64,000 nt of DNA from a virus (Duplodnaviria; Caudoviricetes): IMG/VR virus record IMGVR_UViG_3300008107_006173. One strand, 5' to 3'. Positions 46,022 to 54,899 of this stretch are shown here, one piece after another. Each line of letters starts with the position of its first letter. The stretch's first letter is position 1. The translations under genes and the position numbers were made by a program. The notes below the pieces were generated by a model. The model was not told where the DNA came from. It saw nothing but the letters and a program-made list of their open reading frames with translations, and made no database searches.

Positions 46022-46534
46022 TTACTTCAAAAACATCTGTAGTGTATATCTAGTATTTGTTCCTGTAACAGGATTTGTTTTGTGGGCAGCACCTTCAACT
46101 ATTGAATCAAAATATGCATAAACACCGCAATTAACTTTTTGTACAACTGCTACTTCGGCATCGTTGTCTAACCAAACAAATTCCCCACCCTCGGCATCAT
46201 CGCTTAAAAAAACAGTCAGCGAAGCCTTGCATGTATCTGTATGTAACGGAATACTGCAATCAGCAGGCATTTTTTGTACTGCAAACTGAGCAAACTTTAA
46301 CCGCTCGTCTCGACAGAATGGGAGATTTTGATTTGATGCTAGTGCTAATATTAATGCCATTCTGTCTCCGTCGGTAACAGTTTCAGAAAATGCTTCTGGT
46401 AGGGTGCAATTAGCTGTTGAAATTTCCGGCCACACTTCATAACTACTATTGTCGGTATTCTTTATCTGACAAAACCTGCTTTGAAGCATGTGCAAAATTC
46501 TATCATTGAAAACATTTTCTGTGTAGGTAAACAT
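46022..46534 (-). CDS. 2OG-Fe(II) oxygenase
   Basis: LHTD (HxD), GGEF, AHK, RYTL. Confidence 0.8.
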   Translation of the reverse strand: MFTYTENVFNDRILHMLQSRFCQIKNTDNSSYEVWPEISTANCTLPEAFSETVTDGDRMALILALASNQNLPFCRDERLKFAQFAVQKMPADCSIPLHTDTCKASLTVFLSDDAEGGEFVWLDNDAEVAVVQKVNCGVYAYFDSIVEGAAHKTNPVTGTNTRYTLQMFLK

Positions 46535-47457
46535 TATTTTCCTATAGCATTTCCGTAAATGTGTACATGCACTCGACTTGTGTAGTTATACCCACGCTGT
46601 ATTGCTTCGTCTGCAATCATTGCTTCTGTTACTTTGAGGCCTTCCAAAGTGCCACCGACACCCATAATATAAACAGGAAAATTACAACCAGCTTGCCTAA
46701 AGCGATCAACATTTTCTTCTACTTCCTTCCAACTGGCTTCGCTGCCATTAACAACGAATTTTAGTTGTCCTCTGCTTGATAGTTTAGCATAGCTACCTAC
46801 TACATCGGGGCAAATTGCTCTCTTAGCTCTTTCTCCGGCTGTACTCCATAGCTTAGGACTGATACTCCAAAACCATTCTGTTGTACCATTTCCGTCAGGT
46901 ACAATGCCACCAAACTCGCTGCTAAACAAGAACTTTTCAGTAAGCCATTTTTCAAATTCTGCTGTTAGTGGTTGTGTACCATTAGTTTCAACTGTGACAT
47001 TGCGCGGCGCATTGCCCCTCTTAGCAAATTCGTTGATGATGGAGATCATGCCTTCCTGCGACTTTTTAAGCATAGGCTCACCACCAGTGAACACCATGTG
47101 TGTCCATTGCTTGCTTTTAGGATGTTGAAAACTACCACCCGGCAATAGTGCAGTTAAATTATCAACGGCTTCTTCAACTGTTTTGTCAGTCATTAAGTGT
47201 CTGAAACGCTTGCTCCATGTATAGCTACTGTCGCAACCCTTTTCAAACACAGGTAGATCTTCAACACGATGAATACCGCTGATATCAACTGTTTCGTAAG
47301 GCAGTTCGTAGGTCTTTGGATCGGTTGGATCCTTTTGTCCAAATCCATTACATTGGAGATTGCACATAAAGAATCGCATCCAAAGACTGGGAATACCTAC
47401 ATAAGCACCTTCGCCCTGTGCGCTATAGAATATTTCACTGTACTTGAGGTTTGACAT
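46534..47457 (-). CDS. queE: 7-carboxy-7-deazaguanine synthase QueE (radical SAM)
   Basis: EIFYSAQGEG, RFFMCNLQC...CDS, FTGGEP, VETNGT, SISPK, RVHVHIYG. Confidence 0.88.
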   Translation of the reverse strand: MSNLKYSEIFYSAQGEGAYVGIPSLWMRFFMCNLQCNGFGQKDPTDPKTYELPYETVDISGIHRVEDLPVFEKGCDSSYTWSKRFRHLMTDKTVEEAVDNLTALLPGGSFQHPKSKQWTHMVFTGGEPMLKKSQEGMISIINEFAKRGNAPRNVTVETNGTQPLTAEFEKWLTEKFLFSSEFGGIVPDGNGTTEWFWSISPKLWSTAGERAKRAICPDVVGSYAKLSSRGQLKFVVNGSEASWKEVEENVDRFRQAGCNFPVYIMGVGGTLEGLKVTEAMIADEAIQRGYNYTSRVHVHIYGNAIGK

Positions 47458-47989
47458 ATTTCAATAACCTTTCGAGATCAAGGCTCATTTTAAAGTTTGT
47501 ATAATCAATTTCTCTACCATGTTTCTTGTGCATCTTAGTAAGGGCATTAAACACAATGGAGTGTACCTCTGAGTTTTCAAAGCCCCTCTCGCCCTTTTCT
47601 ACATCTTCGAGACAATCCACAATGATCAGTTCTAAACCATATCTAAACAAGTCGTCAATGGTTTCGCAATCATGGAGAATTGATTTAGCATAAGATATAA
47701 TTAGAAAATAGATTCTATCGGTGATAGCAGTTGCTTGAACATCTAAATCAACATCAGTTGAATTAGGGTCATCAGCAAAGTCTAATTCTAGTTTATCTTT
47801 CTTACTAGGCTTTGCCAAGTCAATAAAAGCATCTATGCACTCAAAAATTTCATCTACTGTTATAGGATATCGTTGGGTTACCCATGTAATATCCTTGTAC
47901 TCAGCAATAGCATCACAAACATCGATGATTTGTACACCCGTTCTGTCTAATACTAAAATGTTTCGAGGTCCTCGGTTTGAAATGGTCAT
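47435..47989 (-). CDS. Hypothetical protein with a DUF433-like N-terminal HTH
   Basis: TGVQIIDV...QRYPITVDEIFECI. Confidence 0.5.
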   Translation of the reverse strand: MTISNRGPRNILVLDRTGVQIIDVCDAIAEYKDITWVTQRYPITVDEIFECIDAFIDLAKPSKKDKLELDFADDPNSTDVDLDVQATAITDRIYFLIISYAKSILHDCETIDDLFRYGLELIIVDCLEDVEKGERGFENSEVHSIVFNALTKMHKKHGREIDYTNFKMSLDLERLLKYVKPQVQ

Positions 47990-48210
47990 CGATATTTTCC
48001 TAGAAGCTTTGGCCCTGTGCTTTGAAATTCTAACCCGCTCATTGAGCCAATATAGATTTTGTATCGTTCGTTAAATTGCAGATTAACTCGTACTGTGTTC
48101 AATGCCACAGTTAGATACTTTCCTTCTACAAAAGTAATTACATCTGCCTCAACGGTATTACCATTGTCGATGCACTCAACAACCGCTGTGCGATCAAATG
48201 AGCTGTACAT
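47986..48210 (-). CDS. Hypothetical phage protein
   Basis: 74-aa coupled ORF between folE and queE. Confidence 0.7.
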   Translation of the reverse strand: MYSSFDRTAVVECIDNGNTVEADVITFVEGKYLTVALNTVRVNLQFNERYKIYIGSMSGLEFQSTGPKLLGKYR

Positions 48211-48891
48211 TTACTTACAGCCTTTGTTTACAATGTTCATAAACTCTGCACGAACCGCAGGGTCGCTCTTAAAGCAACCGCCCAGCTTGCTGGTAACTGT
48301 GCTAGAGCCAACATCTTCAACTCCTCTACTTTTTACGCAATAGTGTTGTGCGTCAATAACCACTGCTACATTTTCTGTTTCTAGAATGTAGCTTAGTGCA
48401 TGATAAACCTGTTCAGTTAGGCGCTCTTGAATCTGGGGACGCTTGCTGAAGTATTCAACGATACGATTGATCTTTGAAAGACCTAGTACCTTCTGTTTGG
48501 GGATATAACCTACTGTTGCAAGTCCATCGATAATAACAAAATGATGTTCGCAGTTGCTCTGTACATTAACATTGCGCTCTACAACCATCTCATCGTATTT
48601 CATTTTATTGTCAACGGTGGTACACTTGGGGAAAGCATCGTAGTCTAGCCCCCAAAAGATTTCGTTGACATACATCTTAGCAACACGCTTTGGTGTGTCC
48701 ATGAGACTGTCGTCTGATAGATCGAGACCCATGGTCTTCATAATTTCGGTAAAGTGACGCTCGATAATTTCAATCTTATCTTTGCGGTCAACACCGTTAT
48801 CTACTGTAGGGGTTTCAACACCCATCTGTACTAGGTGTTCGTGAACGCGACTGCCTAAATCAGGGTCGCACTTAGTTTTATTGAATGACAT
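48211..48891 (-). CDS. folE: GTP cyclohydrolase I
   Basis: [41 protein letters not shown]. Confidence 0.95.
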   Translation of the reverse strand: MSFNKTKCDPDLGSRVHEHLVQMGVETPTVDNGVDRKDKIEIIERHFTEIMKTMGLDLSDDSLMDTPKRVAKMYVNEIFWGLDYDAFPKCTTVDNKMKYDEMVVERNVNVQSNCEHHFVIIDGLATVGYIPKQKVLGLSKINRIVEYFSKRPQIQERLTEQVYHALSYILETENVAVVIDAQHYCVKSRGVEDVGSSTVTSKLGGCFKSDPAVRAEFMNIVNKGCK

Positions 48892-48990
48892 ATACTTCTC
48901 CTTCCTTACACGGATATAATTTAAGTTTGCTACCTTTGTGTAGCATAATTATTTATCGAACTGCTTTTACAAGCTCTAGATTTCTTGTTT

Positions 48991-49458
48991 TTATCTTCGT
49001 TTCCACCAGTCTTCCCAGGGGAACACAAACCATTGGTCTTCTATGCTTCTAGATATTTCTCTGCCAGCATAGTCTATCTTAACCTTTGATTCAATATTCT
49101 CAATCGCCACAGCAACATAAAAGTCAACAAACTCTTGTGCTCGTATGACTTCAATCATCTCTGAAAGAGTTTTGCCCGAGTCGCAAATATCATCAACTAG
49201 GAACACAACATGCCCCCAGTATTTGTCTAAGATAGCTGTTAAAGATTGAATGTCCTTGTCCTCACCATCTCTGGTTTGCCATACTACAGGCACAAACGGA
49301 ACATCAAAATAGTTACTTAGTTTAATGCCAAAGTCAGCACCTCCTCGCATAGGCGCGATGATTACTTCGGGTACTACTCCGTCTTTGGCAACTTGACGAA
49401 TAACTTCACTATAGTAGTCATTCATTTCTTGGTGTGTTATATATTCGTATTTGGGCAT
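48991..49458 (-). CDS. Type I purine phosphoribosyltransferase (Gpt/Hpt-like)
   Basis: MRGG loop, VFLVDDICDSGKTL PRPP-binding motif, WFVFPWE. Confidence 0.85.
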   Translation of the reverse strand: MPKYEYITHQEMNDYYSEVIRQVAKDGVVPEVIIAPMRGGADFGIKLSNYFDVPFVPVVWQTRDGEDKDIQSLTAILDKYWGHVVFLVDDICDSGKTLSEMIEVIRAQEFVDFYVAVAIENIESKVKIDYAGREISRSIEDQWFVFPWEDWWKRR

Positions 49459-49464
49459 AATTTA

Positions 49465-49493
49465 ATAATAGCTTATCTTTGGTCTAAAGTCAA
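49465..49493 (-). promoter_or_regulatory. Sigma70-type promoter
   Basis: TTGACT-N17-TATTAT just upstream of the PRTase ATG. Confidence 0.6.
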
Positions 49494-50474
49494 TTACTTT
49501 TTGCGTTTCTTTTCCCATGCTACTGCATGAGCAACAATATCTTCTAAACCGTAAACTGGTTCCCAACCAAGCACTTCCTTGGCTTTTGAAATGTCAGCCC
49601 ACGTCTTTGCGGGATCACCCTGTCTTGCATTTTCTAAAAACATGCTAATAGTTTTACCGGTTTCTTTTTCTACTGCGTTGATAACTTCCTTAACTGAATA
49701 GGGCTTACCAGCGCCCAAGTTAAATGCAGCACTTTCGTTACCATCATCTAGATAGTTCATTGCATTAATATGTGCTCTAGCAATATCGTAAACATGCGTA
49801 TAATCGCGTTCTGCTGTACCATCCTTAGTTGGATAGTCGGTGCCAAATACAGGCACAGTTTCATCTGCTAACGCTCGCTGCACTACAATAGGAACTAGGT
49901 GCCCCGGAGGATCCTGTGTGTATCCGCACTGACTGTCTGGATCTGCACCTGCTGCATTAAAATATCTCAATGATACAAACTTCATATTACTGTATGCTTG
50001 CTCGTAGTCCTTGAGGATCATTTCAATCATTGTCTTACTGCGAGCATATGGGCTAATAGGCAGCATCGGATCTGTTTCTTTATTTGGATTGCCGCTAGTG
50101 CCACCATAGATTGAGCTTGAACTGCTGAAGATAAAGTTCTTTACACCTGCTGCTACAGCATGATTAAGCAGATTAATAGTATTAGCAACATTATTAGTGT
50201 AGTATCCTGCAGGGTCAATAAAACTTTCAGTTACCTGATGAGTTGCAGCAAGATGAATAATAGTGTCGGGTTTAGTTAGTTGTAGAATGCCCTTGAGTTG
50301 ATGATTGTCAATATCAAATGGATACTGATGTACCCCGGGTATTTCGCATTTCTTTCTATCAACATTAATAACATTATGCCCTGCTTGAACTAGCAGCCTA
50401 CAAGTAAGGTTACCGATAAAGCCACTGCCTCCGGTTACTAATACTGTCTTTGGTTCTCGTTCAATGTTTTTCAT
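49494..50474 (-). CDS. galE: UDP-glucose 4-epimerase
   Basis: TGGSGFIG, HLAA, FSSSSSIYG, YARSK (YxxxK), LRYFNAAGA, RDYTHVYDIA. Confidence 0.9.
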   Translation of the reverse strand: MKNIEREPKTVLVTGGSGFIGNLTCRLLVQAGHNVINVDRKKCEIPGVHQYPFDIDNHQLKGILQLTKPDTIIHLAATHQVTESFIDPAGYYTNNVANTINLLNHAVAAGVKNFIFSSSSSIYGGTSGNPNKETDPMLPISPYARSKTMIEMILKDYEQAYSNMKFVSLRYFNAAGADPDSQCGYTQDPPGHLVPIVVQRALADETVPVFGTDYPTKDGTAERDYTHVYDIARAHINAMNYLDDGNESAAFNLGAGKPYSVKEVINAVEKETGKTISMFLENARQGDPAKTWADISKAKEVLGWEPVYGLEDIVAHAVAWEKKRKK

Positions 50475-51556
50475 GATATGTGTTTCCTAATTGTTTCGTA
50501 TAAAATCTTGCCGCTGAAGAAATCTTGTTGTAATATGTTTACTTGTGCTTCTATTTGTTCCAGTCTAGCATCATAAGAATCTATGTGTTGCGCGATCAGC
50601 TGACACAATTGCTGGCGATTCGCCTCATATGCAGCATATGATTCAGTCCATTCACTGGGATATTTAAATGTGTCAAGCGCCATTTCACTGTAGCTAAGAC
50701 GATCTGGTACAAGTGGTATCGCACCAACTGCTGCACCTTCATACCAACTGATACCTAATGTTTCTTGTAGATTAGCACTGAATACCATCTTAGCCTCTCC
50801 CAAAAGATCATGATATTCTTGCTTGGTTAGATTTCGCTCTTGGCAAACAACAAAATCGTATTGCGGTAGATGCTTGGCTAAGTCTTTAAAAATATCTAGT
50901 TGTTTTTCAGGAGCGATGCGATGCGGGAACAATATCAAATTACGCTTGCTTTTATTTTTGTGACCATACATCATATGCTCTAGGTATTCCATGGGCCATC
51001 CACATCGAACAATCTTACCCTCTTGACCATATCTTTGGCGAACAGTTTCTGGATCTATCCCTAGTAGGTTTAAGCTAAACAAATCAATATGAAAATCAGT
51101 GGCAAAGTAGTTATGATCGATTGCATAAAAAAGCGCCTTTTCAGTATGCCTTACCCACGGAGCATTGCCTATAAGCCGACCCAAGAAGTCTGCAGGGTCG
51201 TAACTGCCAGCATGCCACATACCACCAATTATAATCTTAATACCTAGCAATTCTGCCATGTACTTTAGTTGTAGGATTGTTGGGTTCCATGCATCAGTAT
51301 AAAGGAAATAGTCACCGTCTTTGATTTTACCAGCAGCAAACATTTGCGAAATAGTTTTTAGTTGTTCGCTTTTCCAATAGTTAGTACCACTAAAGTTTAG
51401 AAATGCTCCCGGGGTTGTATCCTGCGGAGCATCACTTGGACCTTCAATTACTTCAACAGGAAGTCCTGCCATCAGCATCTGTGACGGCAGGAACTGCTTC
51501 CATTGTTTAGTATATCTAGTCTCTACCGGTTCTAGTTCAACGATATAAACTGTCAT
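50471..51556 (-). CDS. GT-B fold glycosyltransferase
   Basis: FPHRIAPEKQL and ETLGISWYEG (GT4-like ExFG/E motif), PLVP. Confidence 0.8.
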   Translation of the reverse strand: MTVYIVELEPVETRYTKQWKQFLPSQMLMAGLPVEVIEGPSDAPQDTTPGAFLNFSGTNYWKSEQLKTISQMFAAGKIKDGDYFLYTDAWNPTILQLKYMAELLGIKIIIGGMWHAGSYDPADFLGRLIGNAPWVRHTEKALFYAIDHNYFATDFHIDLFSLNLLGIDPETVRQRYGQEGKIVRCGWPMEYLEHMMYGHKNKSKRNLILFPHRIAPEKQLDIFKDLAKHLPQYDFVVCQERNLTKQEYHDLLGEAKMVFSANLQETLGISWYEGAAVGAIPLVPDRLSYSEMALDTFKYPSEWTESYAAYEANRQQLCQLIAQHIDSYDARLEQIEAQVNILQQDFFSGKILYETIRKHIS

Positions 51557-51559
51557 GTG

Positions 51560-52234
51560 TTATTTTCTATTACCAAAAAGTTGTAGCAAGTTTAAGAACA
51601 GGTTAATAAAGTCTAGATAAAGAGTTAATGCACCTGTAACTTCTGCATTACCTCTGTTATCAAACATAATCATTTCTCTGATCTTTTGTGTATCATAGGC
51701 TGTCAAACCTAAGAAAATAATTACAGCAAGAGCACTGATTACCATTTGCATCAGTGTACTACCAATAAAGATATTGATAATACTTGCAATAATAATACCG
51801 ATTAGACCTACAAACATAAATGACCCAACACTGGTTAGATCCTTTTTAGTTGTATAGCCGTATAGTGTCATTGCTAGGAACAAACATGCTGCTCCTAAAA
51901 ATGCCTGTACAATACTTAGTGCAGTATATACAGCAAAGATAGTAGCAAAGCTCAGACCCATTAGTGCAGCAAAACCGTGCAGCATTAGTTGTGCAGTCTG
52001 TTTCGATGCTGTGGGCATCTTAAATGAAATAAAGAATACTGCGGCCAGCGGCGCAAAGATCACAATCCACTTGGTAATACCTGTAAAGAAGAAATTGAGT
52101 AATTCAGGACTATTACCAACAAAATAGCTTACTAGCATTGAATTAACTACAGCTAGAAACATATTTTGATAAACACGAGTCATTGCTGCGTTTACTTTAA
52201 CTGCATCAGCTCTTACTGATTCTCTATAAAACAT
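51560..52234 (-). CDS. yccA: Bax inhibitor-1/YccA family membrane protein
   Basis: About seven hydrophobic helices; YGYTTKKDL, AYDTQKI, ALTLYLDFINLFL. Confidence 0.88.
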   Translation of the reverse strand: MFYRESVRADAVKVNAAMTRVYQNMFLAVVNSMLVSYFVGNSPELLNFFFTGITKWIVIFAPLAAVFFISFKMPTASKQTAQLMLHGFAALMGLSFATIFAVYTALSIVQAFLGAACLFLAMTLYGYTTKKDLTSVGSFMFVGLIGIIIASIINIFIGSTLMQMVISALAVIIFLGLTAYDTQKIREMIMFDNRGNAEVTGALTLYLDFINLFLNLLQLFGNRK

Positions 52235-52243
52235 TTTAATCTC

Positions 52244-53365
52244 CTATTCCCAACTAAATGGGCCTTTCTTTTTTACACCAAAGTTCTTATAAGTTAAAAT
52301 CTTTTCTAAATCATTTCTATCCTTTAGTGATAAAAATTCATTTGCAAAGTGCAGTTCGACTTCGTTCTGTAGTGCTAAATTTAGTATCTTATTAGCAATT
52401 ATAGCATCGTCCGGTAAGGAATGCAAGCTAAAAAGTACAATAGCGTCAGGCTTTTGAAAAATATAATCTTGTAAAATGGGTAACCATGGTAAGAATTCAT
52501 TTTCAAATTGTACACCAGTGTGATTAATTTTGTGTTTAGCACAGTACGAATCAATAGTACCTCGCTGTATATACATAGGTATGTTAGAATCAAATTCTGT
52601 ATTGTTGCTGGTATATGCAACTACAACCTTACCTGTATAATCTAGCGGTGTATCCTGTGCGTAATCCCCGGGTAGTCTAAAGAAACCGCCCGGCTGTCTT
52701 CGCCAATATTCTTCACCTTCGATTAGTATATGCCAGTCAATACTCATTCTCGTATAGCCTGTTTCATTATTAACATTGCCATGAATGTGTTCTTGATGAA
52801 ACAGATGTGCTTGCCCGGGTATTATTTCTACCGGCTTAGAATATTTTACGCATTCTTCTTCAAATTTAGAAAGAGGCCATTGTTCAGCTATAACAGTTTT
52901 CGTAATGCGTTGACTATTATCAGTATCCATAATCCACATACTGTTAGTACCTTCGCACTTGGTGAGAGCCATCCAGATGGTCCGCTGGCCTCTTCCATTT
53001 GAATAGAAGATTCCCTGATGAAAGGGTAATCTTCTAGCTTTTTTTGCTTGATTAGGAAGTACTACATTTAGTGTAGCATTTCTTTTTATTAGATACTTCT
53101 TGTTACTGATTAGATTTTTTGCATATTCTTCAGCGAAAGAATCAAACCTCTGCATGAATTCTTTTCGGCCAAATGCTGCCTGAACATATGCTTGTATTTT
53201 CACAAGCTCAGGAACATCAACGACCTCATGAATTGTTTCCAAACTTTTTACATCTGGGCGGATCTCATTAATGATATCTAGCACCCATTTGTTCCATGGA
53301 TACTTCTCTAGATTGTAATCTAGGGTTTTATTTTCCCATGCAGAGGTTGTATCTAAATCAAACAT
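52244..53365 (-). CDS. Fusion of a StrG/phytanoyl-CoA-dioxygenase-like 2OG oxygenase with a carbohydrate-cluster (LIC12192-like) domain
   Basis: N-part PFHQG, IWMALT, HGNVNN, RMSIDW; C-part IPMYIQRGTIDSYC...AIVLFSLHSLP. Confidence 0.55.
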   Translation of the reverse strand: MFDLDTTSAWENKTLDYNLEKYPWNKWVLDIINEIRPDVKSLETIHEVVDVPELVKIQAYVQAAFGRKEFMQRFDSFAEEYAKNLISNKKYLIKRNATLNVVLPNQAKKARRLPFHQGIFYSNGRGQRTIWMALTKCEGTNSMWIMDTDNSQRITKTVIAEQWPLSKFEEECVKYSKPVEIIPGQAHLFHQEHIHGNVNNETGYTRMSIDWHILIEGEEYWRRQPGGFFRLPGDYAQDTPLDYTGKVVVAYTSNNTEFDSNIPMYIQRGTIDSYCAKHKINHTGVQFENEFLPWLPILQDYIFQKPDAIVLFSLHSLPDDAIIANKILNLALQNEVELHFANEFLSLKDRNDLEKILTYKNFGVKKKGPFSWE

Positions 53366-53367
53366 GA

Positions 53368-53547
53368 TTATAGCGAGTTCTTCTTGTCCTGAATCTCAGC
53401 ACGACGAACCTTAGTTAACTTACCTAGTTCGCCTAGCGCCTTACGAGCACGAGCAGCCGCGGCCTTTACGCCCTTAACTTCAAACGCTTCTGATTCCTTT
53501 AGGTATTCATCGAATACTGCCTTAATCTTTAGATGTGTCTCGGTCAT
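53368..53547 (-). CDS. Histone H1-like Hc1-family small DNA-binding protein, 59 aa (not in the track)
   Basis: SD AGGAG; KGVKAAAARARKALGELGKLTKVRRAEIQ matches the recalled Hc1 pattern. Confidence 0.8.
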   Translation of the reverse strand: MTETHLKIKAVFDEYLKESEAFEVKGVKAAAARARKALGELGKLTKVRRAEIQDKKNSL

Positions 53548-53559
53548 ATGTTTCTCCTG

Positions 53560-53970
53560 TTATCTAAAATATGTTGGACCGTCTACTTGCCAATCATCTG
53601 ATGGCTTTGGAAAGTCAATTTCGCAACCGTTTTCATTATCTTCGGCTACGCTGATTTTTAGCCAACGATCAGGGAATCTACCCCTAATTGTTTTAGCTAA
53701 ATCTTCTGCGATCATTTCGCAGCTCTTGTGATTCAGTTCTAGTACACCCTGACTGTACTGACGTTCCATCCAACGCTTGAACTGAATAAATTCAATGTCT
53801 CGATCATCGTGAAATACTTCGATCCAGACTTTGAAATGGAAAATGTGCCTGTGCGGCACACCTAGAAAACTTACATCGTCCCAGCCGCCTGTGGCTAACT
53901 TAGGATCAGTATCGGCACCCGGATACATATGGATGCCTTCTTTTTGAAATGTGACCCAAATAGTTTTCAT
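53560..53970 (-). CDS. dpdL: QueD-like T-fold protein; candidate 7-carboxy-7-deazaguanine decarboxylase DpdL
   Basis: EGIH, LGVPHRHIF fits the LxxxHRHxF signature recalled for DpdL; SCEMIA and VAEDNENG are T-fold motifs. Confidence 0.65.
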   Translation of the reverse strand: MKTIWVTFQKEGIHMYPGADTDPKLATGGWDDVSFLGVPHRHIFHFKVWIEVFHDDRDIEFIQFKRWMERQYSQGVLELNHKSCEMIAEDLAKTIRGRFPDRWLKISVAEDNENGCEIDFPKPSDDWQVDGPTYFR

Positions 53971-54170
53971 TCTTTGTCCTTAGTCTCTTTTTCTCTTGCA
54001 CGCCTTAACAGTTCTTCGTGGATTTCGTAATCGTAGTATTTGCCTGTTTCTTTTCTTAGACGATTGCGTTCAGAAATGTATTTGTTTGATTCAATGATAA
54101 ACCAAGTTAGAATAGAAAAGAAAATAAATGCGGCTGTGCCTACCATTATATTAATAATAAGTTCAATCAT
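53967..54170 (-). CDS. Small membrane protein
   Basis: N-terminal hydrophobic helix. Confidence 0.6.
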   Translation of the reverse strand: MIELIINIMVGTAAFIFFSILTWFIIESNKYISERNRLRKETGKYYDYEIHEELLRRAREKETKDKE

Positions 54171-54349
54171 TTCTTATACTCCTTTTCTATCTGTTCTAAT
54201 TCTTCTGGAAACTTAGCGCCGCACTTTCTAACAAATTTGATAAATTTGAGAAATACTTCTTGCAGATCCTGCTCAGTTTCTAGACTTTCAACTTCTATAG
54301 TTGTACTAACAATAACTCCATCATCATCACATTCTAATTTTATATTCAT
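54167..54349 (-). CDS. Hypothetical protein
   Basis: 60-aa coupled ORF. Confidence 0.6.
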   Translation of the reverse strand: MNIKLECDDDGVIVSTTIEVESLETEQDLQEVFLKFIKFVRKCGAKFPEELEQIEKEYKK

Positions 54350-54356
54350 ATATTTT

Positions 54357-54384
54357 ATAGTATTGCACTTTGGATAAAGGTCAA
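54357..54384 (-). promoter_or_regulatory. Sigma70-type promoter
   Basis: TTGACC-N16-TACTAT. Confidence 0.5.
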
Positions 54385-54899
54385 GTAATTACTTCATCCT
54401 TAGTGTATTTAGACCAATCCGTAAATTGTTCTCTGTTTTGTAGGCTGTGTAAGCTGTGACACCAAACACCCGGATTAGATTCTTTAAATCCTTTGTCGTC
54501 AATCTTAACTGTAGCATTATAATTGTATAATCTAATATAGGGTAGCTTAACACTAATCATGGGGATAAAGTTATCATATTCATTCCAACCATTATCGTGG
54601 AACCACGGATGATTAGCATATTTGCTGTCAAAATCTAATGTAACCCAAATACCATCTTTTAGTAATCCGGTAACTAACTTATCCCAATTCTCCCATTCTT
54701 TCTCATTGGGCGCAAAACTTTGATTAGCACCTAGATAGATATGTGGACATTTATTGTTTAATGCACGAGCTAAAATTTCTTCCTTGGGCTGTAGTCCTAC
54801 AACAAACAGAGTTCTCTGTCCATATGCAGGTGTATGCTCTACTTCAGTTCCAATAAAGAACTTTGTGCTATCGTCATGACCGTCTCTATTCTTCACCAA
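54381..54899 (-). CDS. Hypothetical protein coupled to the TGT-like gene
   Basis: 172 aa; FIGTEVEHTPAYG...HIYLGANQSF...PGVWCH. Confidence 0.75.
   Translation of the reverse strand: MVKNRDGHDDSTKFFIGTEVEHTPAYGQRTLFVVGLQPKEEILARALNNKCPHIYLGANQSFAPNEKEWENWDKLVTGLLKDGIWVTLDFDSKYANHPWFHDNGWNEYDNFIPMISVKLPYIRLYNYNATVKIDDKGFKESNPGVWCHSLHSLQNREQFTDWSKYTKDEVIT

Noticed and set aside
48892-48990. Possible preQ1 riboswitch upstream of folE (hairpin TGCTAC-acaaag-GTAGCA)
   Set aside because: It lacks the preQ1-I stem-loop consensus and 3' A-rich tail; only a short generic hairpin after a TAAATA motif.
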